The notes: generated by a model from the letters alone, not told the origin. 64,000 nt of DNA from an uncultured Bacteroidales bacterium (GCA_964575345.1 CAZNQD010000001.1:33145-97144), one strand, 5' to 3'. Shown: positions 20,727 through 30,139, numbered from the stretch's first letter. Numbers and translations: made by a program.

Positions 20727-21344
20727 ATGCCTCCAACCATCATCCTCGCTAACGGAGCTTTCCCCCGAAAACCCGAATTACTGCACTTATTACGTCAGGC
20801 AGAACATATTGTTTGTTGCGACGGAGCCGCCGAAAAACTTCTGAATTTCGGTAGGGAACCCTCCTTTATCGTAGGTGATATGGACAGTCTGAGTCCGGCT
20901 CTGAAAGAGCGTTTTTCCGATCGGACTATAGTTATAGGCGAACAGGAAACCAACGATTTGACCAAAGCGGTAAATTATTGTGAATATGTTGGTTATCAGC
21001 AAATTATAATTATGGGAGCCACCGGTATAAGAGAAGATCACACTTTGGGAAACATCTCATTATTAGTGGAATATTCTGTAAGAATTAAGGATATCTGCAT
21101 ACTGACGGACTATGGTCGCATAGATGTTGTCAGGCATAACAAACGATTTGAAAGTTATCCCGGCCAGCAAATCTCTCTCTTTGCTATCGATCCGCTCATT
21201 ATAGTCAATGTGGATGGTTTAAGGTATCCCCTGGTCGATCGCAGGCTGAGCAATTGGTGGCAGGGAAGCCTGAACGAAGCGCTGGGATCCGATTTCGAAA
21301 TCCGGACGGAAAAGGGAGCCCTATTGGTTTACCGTGCTCATTGA
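20727..21344 (+). CDS. Thiamine pyrophosphokinase
   Basis: The pattern ILANG...CCDGAA...VGDMDS...TNDLTKA is typical of TPK catalytic domains, and a C-terminal thiamine-binding beta domain follows. Confidence 0.85.
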   Translation: MPPTIILANGAFPRKPELLHLLRQAEHIVCCDGAAEKLLNFGREPSFIVGDMDSLSPALKERFSDRTIVIGEQETNDLTKAVNYCEYVGYQQIIIMGATGIREDHTLGNISLLVEYSVRIKDICILTDYGRIDVVRHNKRFESYPGQQISLFAIDPLIIVNVDGLRYPLVDRRLSNWWQGSLNEALGSDFEIRTEKGALLVYRAH

Positions 21345-21427
21345 TTTGCACAAACTAATAGACGCGTGCTTTTTCGCTTTATTCAACAGAGCAGTCTGGT
21401 TCGTTCGTCCGTACTCATGGAGTGGAG

Positions 21428-23425
21428 TTATTGCCTTTTCAGAACCAAAGCTGTTCTGGAGGGTAGGTACAAATGTATCCATTCCAGCCCTGAACCCTTA
21501 TTTTCAGCCGCAGGAGTAGTTGTATGAACGATTTGGTCATCGACCAGCCCAAAACCTCCGAATTCCCTGGCATCGCTGTCCAGGACGGTTGTGTAGTTCC
21601 CTTTTTGCACCAGGATACCGTAATCGGTATAGGATCTGGAGGGATGCAAATTGAAGACAAACAGGAGTGAGCCACGCTCAAAGGCCATAATCTGATCATC
21701 GTCGTGCAGCCAACGTTGGCAGGGCTGTTCTTTAGGATTTATTTTCTTCAGCAACTGTATCATGGCTTTGTCAAAAGCGTGCAAACCTGCGTATTTGAGT
21801 TGCCGGTTTTCGGACAGGCTCCATTGACGACGGGCGTATTTATAGGACCAGCCGTTGCCTTCCCGCGGAAAATCTATCCATTCGGGATGTCCGAATTCGT
21901 TACCCATAAAATTCAGATAGCCTCCATTGATGGTTCCGGCTGTCATCAGACGTATCATTTTGTGCAGGGCAAGACCCCGGTCGACCACCATGTTTTGGTC
22001 TTCTTTGCTCATATGCCAGTACATATCGGCATCAATGAGCCTGAATATGATGGTTTTGTCACCCACCAGGGCCTGATCGTGACTTTCGGCGTAACTGATG
22101 GTTTTTTCGTCTTTTCTGCGGTTGGTCAATTCCCACCAAATAGCTCCGGGTTTCCAGTTTTCGTCGCTGTATTCCTTTATGAGTTTGATCCAGAAGTCGG
22201 GGATGCCCATGGCCATGCGATAGTCAAAGCCTATTCCGCCTTCTTGTATGGGGGTTGCAAGGCCGGGCATACCGCTAACTTCTTCGGCTATGGTAATGGC
22301 TTTGGGTTTGATTTCGTGAATAAGTTTATTGGCCAAAGTCAGGTAAGCTATGGCGTCTCCGTCCTGATTCAGGTTGTAATAATCGTCGTAGGAACCGAAG
22401 GCTTCTCCCAGTCCGTGGCTGCGATAGAGCATCGAAGTAACCCCGTCAAAACGGAAACCGTCAAAACCGAATTCTTCCAGCCAATACTTGCAATTGGACA
22501 GCAAAAAGTGCAGTACCTCGTCCCGGCCATAATTGAAACATAAGGAATCCCAGGCCGGATGTTCTCTTCTGTCGCCGCTGTGAAAGTACAAGCCGGGGTT
22601 ACCGTCCAGGCAGGCTAAACCTTCGACAGAATTTTTGACAGCATGAGAATGTACTATATCCATTATGACTGTCAGGCCGTAGCCGTGAGCCTCGTCGATG
22701 AGCTGTTTGAGCTCTTCGGGGGTGCCAAAACGGGAAGATGGAGCAAAAAAACTGGAAACATGATAGCCGAAAGAACCGTAATAGGGATGCTCCTGTATGG
22801 CCATAATCTGAATGGCGTTGTAAGCATTGTCGGCTATGCGGGGCAAAACCAGGCGTCGGAATTCGTCGTAGGTGCCGATTCTTTCCTCTTCGGTAGCCAT
22901 ACCGATGTGGCATTCGTAGATAAACAGAGGTTGGGAGGGAGCCTTTACTTTATGTTTAAAGCGATAAGGATTTGCCGGCTCCCATACCTGAGCGCTGAAA
23001 ATATTGCTGACCGGATCCTGAACAACCCTTTTGGCCCAGGCCGGTACCCGTTCTCCGCTGCCACCGGGCCAGGAGACATACATTTTGTATAAGTCACCGT
23101 GCGTTAAGCAGTCAGGAGCCAGCTGAATTTCCCATACACCATGTTCCTTTTTCTCCAGGGCATATTCGGGCCTAAGTTCCCAGTGATTGAAATCACCAAT
23201 CAAATGAATGGAATCGGCATTAGGGGCCCATTCCCGAAAAGTCCAGCCATAGGGATGCTTGTGCAGCCCAAAAAAAAGATGCCCATTGGCAAAATCAGCC
23301 AGGCTTCTACCCGTTGTCAGACTTTTCTCCCTGCTCAGAGCGTAATCAGAGCGCCCTTCGATGGCTTGTCTGTAGGGTTCCAGCCAGGGATCGTTTTTGA
23401 TGATTTTCAGGGTTCGGGCTTTCAT
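21428..23425 (-). CDS. glgB: 1,4-alpha-glucan branching enzyme (GH13)
   Basis: Contains the GH13 conserved regions DIVHSH, GFDGFRFDGVTSM, AEEVSG and YAESHDQ. The 665 aa architecture is of the eukaryote-like type. Confidence 0.9.
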   Translation of the reverse strand: MKARTLKIIKNDPWLEPYRQAIEGRSDYALSREKSLTTGRSLADFANGHLFFGLHKHPYGWTFREWAPNADSIHLIGDFNHWELRPEYALEKKEHGVWEIQLAPDCLTHGDLYKMYVSWPGGSGERVPAWAKRVVQDPVSNIFSAQVWEPANPYRFKHKVKAPSQPLFIYECHIGMATEEERIGTYDEFRRLVLPRIADNAYNAIQIMAIQEHPYYGSFGYHVSSFFAPSSRFGTPEELKQLIDEAHGYGLTVIMDIVHSHAVKNSVEGLACLDGNPGLYFHSGDRREHPAWDSLCFNYGRDEVLHFLLSNCKYWLEEFGFDGFRFDGVTSMLYRSHGLGEAFGSYDDYYNLNQDGDAIAYLTLANKLIHEIKPKAITIAEEVSGMPGLATPIQEGGIGFDYRMAMGIPDFWIKLIKEYSDENWKPGAIWWELTNRRKDEKTISYAESHDQALVGDKTIIFRLIDADMYWHMSKEDQNMVVDRGLALHKMIRLMTAGTINGGYLNFMGNEFGHPEWIDFPREGNGWSYKYARRQWSLSENRQLKYAGLHAFDKAMIQLLKKINPKEQPCQRWLHDDDQIMAFERGSLLFVFNLHPSRSYTDYGILVQKGNYTTVLDSDAREFGGFGLVDDQIVHTTTPAAENKGSGLEWIHLYLPSRTALVLKRQ

Positions 23426-23871
23426 TAAAGTAAGACTTTGACTACGGCTTTTTTAATGGGGCCTTTGCCTATGCAGGGTGCGTGTCCGTCACCGGGGAAA
23501 AACACCGTGAATTCTCCCGGATGAACTTCGGAAAAACTTACCGGACTGTCGTTGTAAAAGCAGATATCTTTCACAGTGTCATAGGGAGCACGTTCATGCC
23601 TGCAATCGTGTGCAGCGCGCCAGCCCATAGTTTCAGTGCCACTGATGATGACCTGGATGTCTATGTATTTTTCGTGGGTTTCCAGACGGGCGACATCGGG
23701 CGATTTCCCTTCATATTCCGCAATCGAAACATATAGTTTATCTCCGTCCAACACAATCTTACCCGGTTCCAGTGAGTCCAGGTCGCGTGATTTCAGATAA
23801 TCGAAAGCTCTTTTGAATAAGGGATGTATACCTTCGTAGAGAGAGCTGTTTTTTAATGAATCCAGTATCAT
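23425..23871 (-). CDS. YhcH/YjgK/YiaL (DUF386) family protein
   Basis: 148 aa cupin-like protein with the HEKYIDIQ motif typical of the family. Confidence 0.75.
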   Translation of the reverse strand: MILDSLKNSSLYEGIHPLFKRAFDYLKSRDLDSLEPGKIVLDGDKLYVSIAEYEGKSPDVARLETHEKYIDIQVIISGTETMGWRAAHDCRHERAPYDTVKDICFYNDSPVSFSEVHPGEFTVFFPGDGHAPCIGKGPIKKAVVKVLL

Positions 23872-23873
23872 AG

Positions 23874-24572
23874 TTACATTTTTATGGGGTTGTATAATGG
23901 CTTGTTTTCGTTGTGCTCATCCAAAGCATAATTCAAAAAGCGATTCAAAGGGTAGAGCTGCTGAAAAATGCCGGCAATGTATTCACAAAAATCTGCACGT
24001 TCTGTTTCCCGGGAATTAAGCTTATGTGTAGCCGTATAATCTTTGAATTTCAAATAGTCCGTACCCGGGAAATCGATGGGAAATCCTTTAGGAGCTGTCA
24101 GGAGCCTTCGTCCGTCCAAAGAACCAAAACCGGATACAAAGCTTTGAGAATGAACAATATCTTCAAATTCATCCAGGTTTTCCACTATGGAGTGTCGCAA
24201 AATTTTAAGCTGAGGGGCTTCGGGCATCCAAATGCCTCCGGTTATGAAACAGTTATCCGGTTGCAGATGCAGGTAATAGCCCGCCCGCCCGCTGTTTTTG
24301 CCCCCGGCGGCCATAAAGGCTCCAAAATGAATTTTATAGGGCGTTTTATCCTGGCTGAAGCGCAAGTCGCGATGTATCCTGAAAATGCAATCCTGAGGCT
24401 TTAAATGCCTTAATTCAGCATCAAAATCAGCCAGCAGCATAAGAAGCTTATCGATAAGCTGCACATGATACTCCCGGCTTAAGGTATAAAGAGCCTTATG
24501 TTCATTGAACCATTCCTTGTTGTTGTTTTGCGACAAGAGGTACAGGAAGTCAAGTATGCTTTTAATATCCAT
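23874..24572 (-). CDS. DUF2461 (TIGR02453) family protein
   Basis: NNNKEWFNEHKALY and RIHRDLRFSQDKTPYK motifs. I prefer ATG 24572; the ORF-track start at 24596 is TTG. Confidence 0.8.
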   Translation of the reverse strand: MDIKSILDFLYLLSQNNNKEWFNEHKALYTLSREYHVQLIDKLLMLLADFDAELRHLKPQDCIFRIHRDLRFSQDKTPYKIHFGAFMAAGGKNSGRAGYYLHLQPDNCFITGGIWMPEAPQLKILRHSIVENLDEFEDIVHSQSFVSGFGSLDGRRLLTAPKGFPIDFPGTDYLKFKDYTATHKLNSRETERADFCEYIAGIFQQLYPLNRFLNYALDEHNENKPLYNPIKM

Positions 24573-24677
24573 TACGAAAGCTTTATTCTTTGCCAAATGT
24601 AGAAAAAAAAACCCAAGGCATAAAGGGGGTGAATATTTTTTTTGGATATTTGCATATAGTTCTTAAAACCATTTCTG

Positions 24678-27005
24678 ATGGTTCATTTACCCTCATTGAT
24701 ATCCGATCTGGCACTCCTGCTTCTAATAGCCGGTTTAATTATTTTGTTGTTTAAATGGTTAAAACAACCAGTTGTCTTGGGTTACATAGTAGCGGGAATG
24801 CTGGCCGGCCACAATATCGGACTGTATCATGCTGTTGATGACACTGTAAACATCCAAATATGGGCCGAAATCGGTGTTATGTTTCTGTTGTTTACGTTGG
24901 GGCTGGAGTTCAGTTTTAAAAAATTGATGGAAGTAGGAAAATCAGGAAGCATTATCGTTCTTGTTGAATTATGCGGGATGTTGATACTTGGTTTTCTTTT
25001 GGGTAGAATTTTGGGTTGGAAACCATTGGACAGCCTTTTGTTGGGAGGAATGATTTCTTTGTCGTCCACAACCATCATAATAAAGGCTTTTAATGATTTA
25101 AAACTAAAGAAAAAGAAGTTTAGCAAACTGGTTTTTGCGGCTTTGGTAGTTGAAGATTTGGTGGCAGTAGTTATGATGGTGCTATTATCCACCCTGGCTG
25201 TCAGCAAAAATTTCTCCGGCGAGGATATGCTTTTTGCCTTGTTAAAACTGGTTTTTTTTCTGGTGATTTGGTTTATGCTTGGCATTTTTTTGTTACCAAC
25301 TTTTCTAAAAAAAATCAGACCCTTACTTAACGATGAAACCTTGTTAATTGTTTCGCTCGGACTTTGCCTTGGTATGGTAGTGTTAGCAGTAAAAGTGGGT
25401 TTTTCCGCTGCTCTGGGAGCCTTTATTATGGGTTCCATACTGGCTGATACGTACGAAGTTGATCGTATTGAAAATTTAACAAAGCCGCTCAAAGACTTTT
25501 TTGGAGCTATTTTTTTTGTTTCGGTGGGCATGATGGTAGATATGAACATAATTGTGCAATTCATCTGGCCGATAGTGATAATCAGTTTGGTAACTATGTT
25601 GGGTAAGCTCGTTTTTGTTTCCGCCGGTGTATTTATTTCGGGGCAATCCTTGAGAACATCCATGCAGTCGGGTTTTAGCATGGCCCAGATAGGAGAATTC
25701 GCTTTTATTCTGGCCGGTCTGGGCATGAGTCTGGGTGTGACAAGCAGCCATTTGCATCCCATCGTAATAGCTGTTTCTGTCATAACGGTTTTTTGTTCTC
25801 CTTATATGATGAAAATTTCAGGACCGGCCTATTTGTTTTTACTGAAACATATGCCAGAACAATGGAAATCAGCGTTAAACCGAAGGGAAAAGCAGTACCC
25901 CGGCCCAAAACAACCGGGCAATTGGTTTTTATTGCTCAAAAGTTATTTTATCTATCTCATAGAATTATCAGTCCTTATCCTTGGTGTATTGATTGTTTCT
26001 GAAAAATACCTGGCTCCCTTTCTGAAAGCAAAGATTCCTCAAGGCTCATGGGCAGAATTACTGGTTCTTTTTATCACTTTATTGGTGATTTCCCCCTTTC
26101 TCAGGGCATTAACCCACAATCGCAGCAAGTATTCCGGTTTGATGTTGAATCTTTGGACGGCAAAAGCTTCCAACAGAATTTATCTTATACTATTGACAGC
26201 CATTCGAATGATTCTGGCCTATTCGGCAATTCTATACTTGATGTTCCGGTATTTACCTTTGCCCACTATACTCATTGTTCCGATAGGAATTGTCTTACTG
26301 GTTTTTATTTTAAGATCCAAAGCTCTTCTTAAACGTTACTGGCGCTTGGAGGCTCGTTTTATGATCAACCTGAATGAGCGGCAGATGGAGGAAAACTTGC
26401 ACAAAATCGAAAACAATCAAGGAGTACGGAACATTGAAGATATGCATGAATCACATTGGTTGGATAATTTGCTTTATACTTTTTGTCTTAGAATAGAAAA
26501 AGGTTCAACTATTGCAGGTAAAGCACTAAAAGACATACATATAAGAGAAGATTTCAACCTGATTGTTATCAGGGTGGAGCGTAATAAGACTAAGATTAAT
26601 ATTCCGGATGGAAATTTTGTACTGGCCGAAGGAGATATACTTAGGATGGCCGGCCAAAATCTGGTATACAAACTAATCCGAGATGAACAACTGAACTTGA
26701 ATTTTGTTCCTGATTCTCTGATGACGCTGCATGCTTTTTCACAGCAGGAATCTCAATTAAAATCTGCTCCTTTGAGCTGTTCCGGCATTCCCATTCGCAA
26801 AGAATCGCCTCTGGCCGGCAAAAGGCTGACAGATTCGGGTTTGATGACGATCAATAAATGTATGGTAATAGGTCTGGAAAGAAACAAGAAGCGCATTATT
26901 AATCCTGATTCAGGACAAGAAATACAAGCTTGTGACTTAGTATGGGTAGTGGGAGAGGAAAAACAGGTTTCAAAACTGATTAGTGAAAACGTCTATAGGC
27001 TCTGA
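24678..27005 (+). CDS. Kef-type cation:proton antiporter (CPA2) with C-terminal RCK_C/TrkA-C domains
   Basis: N-terminal ~400 aa polytopic exchanger domain, additional transmembrane segments, then two soluble repeats (...GKALKDIHIREDFNLIVIRVER... and ...GKRLTDSGLMTINKCMVIGLER...). Confidence 0.8.
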   Translation: MVHLPSLISDLALLLLIAGLIILLFKWLKQPVVLGYIVAGMLAGHNIGLYHAVDDTVNIQIWAEIGVMFLLFTLGLEFSFKKLMEVGKSGSIIVLVELCGMLILGFLLGRILGWKPLDSLLLGGMISLSSTTIIIKAFNDLKLKKKKFSKLVFAALVVEDLVAVVMMVLLSTLAVSKNFSGEDMLFALLKLVFFLVIWFMLGIFLLPTFLKKIRPLLNDETLLIVSLGLCLGMVVLAVKVGFSAALGAFIMGSILADTYEVDRIENLTKPLKDFFGAIFFVSVGMMVDMNIIVQFIWPIVIISLVTMLGKLVFVSAGVFISGQSLRTSMQSGFSMAQIGEFAFILAGLGMSLGVTSSHLHPIVIAVSVITVFCSPYMMKISGPAYLFLLKHMPEQWKSALNRREKQYPGPKQPGNWFLLLKSYFIYLIELSVLILGVLIVSEKYLAPFLKAKIPQGSWAELLVLFITLLVISPFLRALTHNRSKYSGLMLNLWTAKASNRIYLILLTAIRMILAYSAILYLMFRYLPLPTILIVPIGIVLLVFILRSKALLKRYWRLEARFMINLNERQMEENLHKIENNQGVRNIEDMHESHWLDNLLYTFCLRIEKGSTIAGKALKDIHIREDFNLIVIRVERNKTKINIPDGNFVLAEGDILRMAGQNLVYKLIRDEQLNLNFVPDSLMTLHAFSQQESQLKSAPLSCSGIPIRKESPLAGKRLTDSGLMTINKCMVIGLERNKKRIINPDSGQEIQACDLVWVVGEEKQVSKLISENVYRL

Positions 27006-27007
27006 TT

Positions 27008-28849
27008 CTATTCTACTGTGACCGATTTAGCCAGGTTGCGGGGCTGATCTACATTACGACCTTTGCTTATTGCTATGTGATAGGCAAAAAGCTGGAGAGG
27101 TATACAGGCTACCACCGGAGACAGGCATTCGTCCACATGGGGGATTTCCAGGCAATAATCGGCCATGGAAGACACGACCTTGTCTCCTTTGGTTACTATG
27201 GCAATCACTTTGCCACCTCTTGCCTTTATTTCCTGGATGTTACTGACTGTTTTTTCGTAAATGCTATCGGTAGTGGCAATAACAAAAGTGGGCATCTCAT
27301 TATCTATAAGCGCAATAGGACCGTGTTTCATTTCAGCAGCCGGATAACCCTCAGCGTGTATATAGGATATTTCCTTTAATTTTAAAGCACCTTCCAAAGC
27401 CAAAGGATAATTGTAACCTCTGCCCAGGTATAAAAAATTATGGGCATAGGTAAACATTTTAGAGAGGTCTTTTATGCGATCGTCCAGCTTCAAGACTTCT
27501 TCCATCAATTCGGGAAGAGATTTCAGGCTTTTGAGTATGCTAAGAAAACGCTCTTTGGCTATGCTCTTCTTTTCTTTGGCAATAGTCATGGCCAACATGG
27601 CCAAAACTGTCACCTGGCCGGTGAAGGCCTTGGTGGATGCTACCCCAATCTCGGGGCCGACATGTATATAAGTGCCTGTATTGGTAGCTCTGGCTATGGA
27701 AGAGCCTACCACATTGCAAATACCGTAAATAAAAGCCCCTTTTTCTTTGCCCAATTGCACAGCTGCCAGAGTATCGGCTGTTTCTCCGGATTGGGAAATG
27801 GCTATCATCAAATCTCCTTTGTTAATTACAGGATTACGGTAACGAAATTCGGAAGCGTACTCGACCTCAACCGGAATCCGGCAAAATTCCTCAATCAGGT
27901 GTTTACCGATAAGTGCGGCGTGCCATGAAGTGCCGCAGGCAACAATAATAATCCGGCCTGCATTCAGAATTTTTTCTTTGTGGTCTATGACGCCCGAGAG
28001 GATAACATTGGTGGCTTCCACATTGATTCTGCCCCGTATGCAATCGATAATGGTTTTGGGTTGTTCGTAGATTTCCTTGAGCATAAAATGAGGATAACCT
28101 CCCTTTTCTAATTGTGTAATGCTCATATTTAAACTTTTGACATCCACTTTAGTTTCGGTATTGTTCAGATTCACGATTTTGATTTGTTCCTTGGGACGGA
28201 GTAAAACTACTTCTTCATCGTTGAGATAAACTACTTTGTTGGTATATTCAATAATGGGGGTAACGTCCGAAGCAATATAATATTCCTCTTTACCCAGGCC
28301 TACCACCAAAGGGCTGCTTTTGCGTGCAGCCACAATCTCTTCCTTATTGTTTTTGTCTATCACAGCAATAGCATAGGCACCTATCACCTGCTTAAGGGCC
28401 GATTGCACCGCTTCAAACAGGGAACATTGATTGGAGGTTTTGATATATTCTATCAATTGAACCAGAACTTCGGTGTCTGTATCGCTTTTGAAGCTGTAAC
28501 CATGCTCTTGCAGAGCTTTTTTTAGCAGGGTATAGTTCTCGATTATTCCATTATGAACCAATGCCAGCGAAGCGGTCTCGGAGTAGTGAGGGTGGGCGTT
28601 GGCGTTGTTGGGTTCACCGTGGGTGGCCCAGCGGGTGTGGGCAATTCCGATTTTTCCGTTGATGTTTTTGGATTCGGTGAAGTTCTCCAGGTCACGAACC
28701 TTACCTTTGGTTTTGTAGACATTAATTTCGTTATCGTCAATCAAAGCTATCCCGGCACTGTCGTAGCCTCTGTATTCAAGACGATGTAATCCCTTAATCA
28801 GTATAGGGTAGGCTTCTCTGTGACCTACATAAGCAACTATTCCACACAT
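27008..28849 (-). CDS. glmS: Glutamine--fructose-6-phosphate aminotransferase
   Basis: N-terminal nucleophile MCGIVAY, tandem SIS domains, and the canonical C-terminal ...KSVTVE. Confidence 0.97.
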   Translation of the reverse strand: MCGIVAYVGHREAYPILIKGLHRLEYRGYDSAGIALIDDNEINVYKTKGKVRDLENFTESKNINGKIGIAHTRWATHGEPNNANAHPHYSETASLALVHNGIIENYTLLKKALQEHGYSFKSDTDTEVLVQLIEYIKTSNQCSLFEAVQSALKQVIGAYAIAVIDKNNKEEIVAARKSSPLVVGLGKEEYYIASDVTPIIEYTNKVVYLNDEEVVLLRPKEQIKIVNLNNTETKVDVKSLNMSITQLEKGGYPHFMLKEIYEQPKTIIDCIRGRINVEATNVILSGVIDHKEKILNAGRIIIVACGTSWHAALIGKHLIEEFCRIPVEVEYASEFRYRNPVINKGDLMIAISQSGETADTLAAVQLGKEKGAFIYGICNVVGSSIARATNTGTYIHVGPEIGVASTKAFTGQVTVLAMLAMTIAKEKKSIAKERFLSILKSLKSLPELMEEVLKLDDRIKDLSKMFTYAHNFLYLGRGYNYPLALEGALKLKEISYIHAEGYPAAEMKHGPIALIDNEMPTFVIATTDSIYEKTVSNIQEIKARGGKVIAIVTKGDKVVSSMADYCLEIPHVDECLSPVVACIPLQLFAYHIAISKGRNVDQPRNLAKSVTVE

Positions 28850-28866
28850 AGAACGATATTTAGATG

Positions 28867-28874
28867 CAAAAATA
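28867..28874 (-). promoter_or_regulatory. -7 promoter box (TATTTTTG) for glmS
   Basis: Perfect TAnnTTTG match on the minus strand, 18 nt upstream of the ATG. Confidence 0.45.
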
Positions 28875-29535
28875 CAATCTTATAAGTTTTTTGAAGTATT
28901 CATAAGAAAAAAAATACTCATAAAAGGTCATTTTTTTTCAATTCGCGAGAATCGTCTATTTAAAACTGATTGTCCCATTGTACACGTACAGGCGATTCTC
29001 AGAGCCTGAGGCAAAAACAATTATTTTCAGATAAGGGCAGATCTGCTCTTCCGATTGAACGGTAAAGCATTGTTAACAATTCAACTCTTTAAAGGAGCAG
29101 AAAGAAGACAGTAATGCATAAATAATGTATATATCAAATACGTACTTCCCCGGGGATTTGATTTACATAAATACATCTCCAACATTTGTTTAAAGCCTCA
29201 CACATAAGTAAAACCAACAAATGTTTGCAGTGTCAGTTTACATTTTTGTATGTTATAGAAAAATATAATTTCATTTCTGAGGGATCTAAGCGCCCGGGCC
29301 TAAAAACAATTAAAGTAATAACTTTATTAAAGACAAATCAAACTATTGGAATACAGTACAAATTCTGGTATGTTAAGATCAAATACAGACCGCGGTAGAG
29401 CGGAAAGTAATTTCTAAGAGACAAATTAAGAGTATAGATTTAAAATATAATTACTAAAATGCTGAATATAAAGAGATAAGCTATTTAATTGGAATTATAT
29501 ACTCATAATTAATTAATATAGCATTGTAAAGACAG

Positions 29536-29558
29536 ATATGTAAAGCATGTTTACATAT
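29536..29558. promoter_or_regulatory. Inverted repeat, candidate operator
   Basis: ATATGTAAA-GCATG-TTTACATAT: perfect 9-bp arms with a 5-bp spacer, about 100 bp upstream of the HTH gene -7 box. Confidence 0.3.
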
Positions 29559-29655
29559 AAAAAGTTTCACAAAATTAATGTTGTTAATTTATGTATTTTG
29601 CACTTTATATCTGTAAAATATGTTTGATTAAAAGTTTTTTCAAGACAATTATTTG

Positions 29656-29663
29656 TACATTTG
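29656..29663 (+). promoter_or_regulatory. -7 promoter box (TACATTTG) for the HTH gene
   Basis: Perfect TAnnTTTG match 33 nt upstream of ATG 29696. It is embedded in the imperfect inverted repeat TTTGTACA-TT-TGTGCAAA. Confidence 0.4.
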
Positions 29664-29695
29664 TGCAAAAGAAAAAATGCATAAATCTCCAACTT

Positions 29696-30139
29696 ATGAA
29701 AGACAGAATTAAGAAAATTTTAGATTCCCAGGGCCTAAATGCCACACAATTTGCCCAAAAAGTAAGTATGAACGTCTCTGCCTTATCTCATATTTTGAGT
29801 GGAAGGAATAATCCGGGCTACGATGCACTTCAAAAGATTATTGTGAATTTTCCCCGGATCAATGTCGAGTGGTTGATGACAGGTCAGGGAGAGATGTACA
29901 AAGAAAACTTGCCCGAAGAGCCGGAACAGGTCACTTTATTTAGCGAGAATCCCATAAAACCGGAACAAGGCTCAGGCAAAGCAGAATATCCTGCGCAAAA
30001 GGGCTTAAAAAGCACACAAAAACCTATTATGTATTCAGATAATCAGTTACTTATATCCAAAGAAAAAACGAATACAAAAATTCGCAAGATAGCCGTTTTT
30101 TATTCCGATAATACCTACGAGGAATTTTTTCCGCACTAA
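29696..30139 (+). CDS. XRE-type helix-turn-helix DNA-binding protein
   Basis: Starting at ATG 29696 gives MKDRIKKILDSQGLNATQFAQKVSMNVSALSHILSGRNNP...EWLMTGQGEMY, a Cro/CI-type HTH with the WLxTGxG tail. The C-terminal half is low-complexity. Confidence 0.75.
   Translation: MKDRIKKILDSQGLNATQFAQKVSMNVSALSHILSGRNNPGYDALQKIIVNFPRINVEWLMTGQGEMYKENLPEEPEQVTLFSENPIKPEQGSGKAEYPAQKGLKSTQKPIMYSDNQLLISKEKTNTKIRKIAVFYSDNTYEEFFPH

Noticed and set aside
21345-21427. A possible terminator between the thiamine pyrophosphokinase gene and glgB (GCAC...GTGC followed by TTTTT).
   Set aside because: The stem is only 4 bp with a long loop, which is too weak to call.
24827-25783. A 318-aa ORF antisense to the Kef-type antiporter. 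Other long antisense ORFs are 8022..8528, 21704..22543, 36508..37098, 39765..40613 and 49312..49953.
   Set aside because: Each lies entirely inside, and opposite to, a gene with strong family motifs. Their translations are low-complexity and biased toward Ser, Pro, Arg and Ile, with no recognisable motifs. ORF 39765..40613 also runs through the tRNA-Arg gene.
27003-27010. Convergent gene pairs with almost no spacer and no terminator: Kef-type antiporter/glmS stops are 2 nt apart, and tamB/proS stops directly abut at 63193-63198.
   Set aside because: This packing is compact but not unusual. There is no sequence left to carry a feature, so I note it only as context.
28850-29000. A possible glmS ribozyme upstream of glmS.
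   Set aside because: I saw no resemblance to the glmS ribozyme core. The -7 box lies only 18 nt from the ATG, which leaves no room for a ribozyme leader. The element is not expected in Bacteroidota.
29186-29398. A 70-aa ORF inside the AT-rich glmS-HTH spacer.
   Set aside because: It starts at TTG, is Lys/Ile/Asn-rich as expected from translating AT-rich DNA, has no upstream -7 box at a suitable distance, and has no recognisable motif.
28850-29695. The AT-rich gap as a chromosomal replication origin, considered because dnaB and gyrA are in the window.
   Set aside because: I found no TTATCCACA/TGTGGATAA-type DnaA boxes by eye, and dnaA and dnaN are not present. This is not excluded, but it is unsupported.
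29167-29695. Shared CATAAAT...CTCCAAC strings at about 29167-29188 and about 29679-29695, considered as a possible duplicated start region.
   Set aside because: Only two 7-mers are shared and their spacing differs. The downstream reading frames are unrelated, so this is probably chance in AT-rich DNA.
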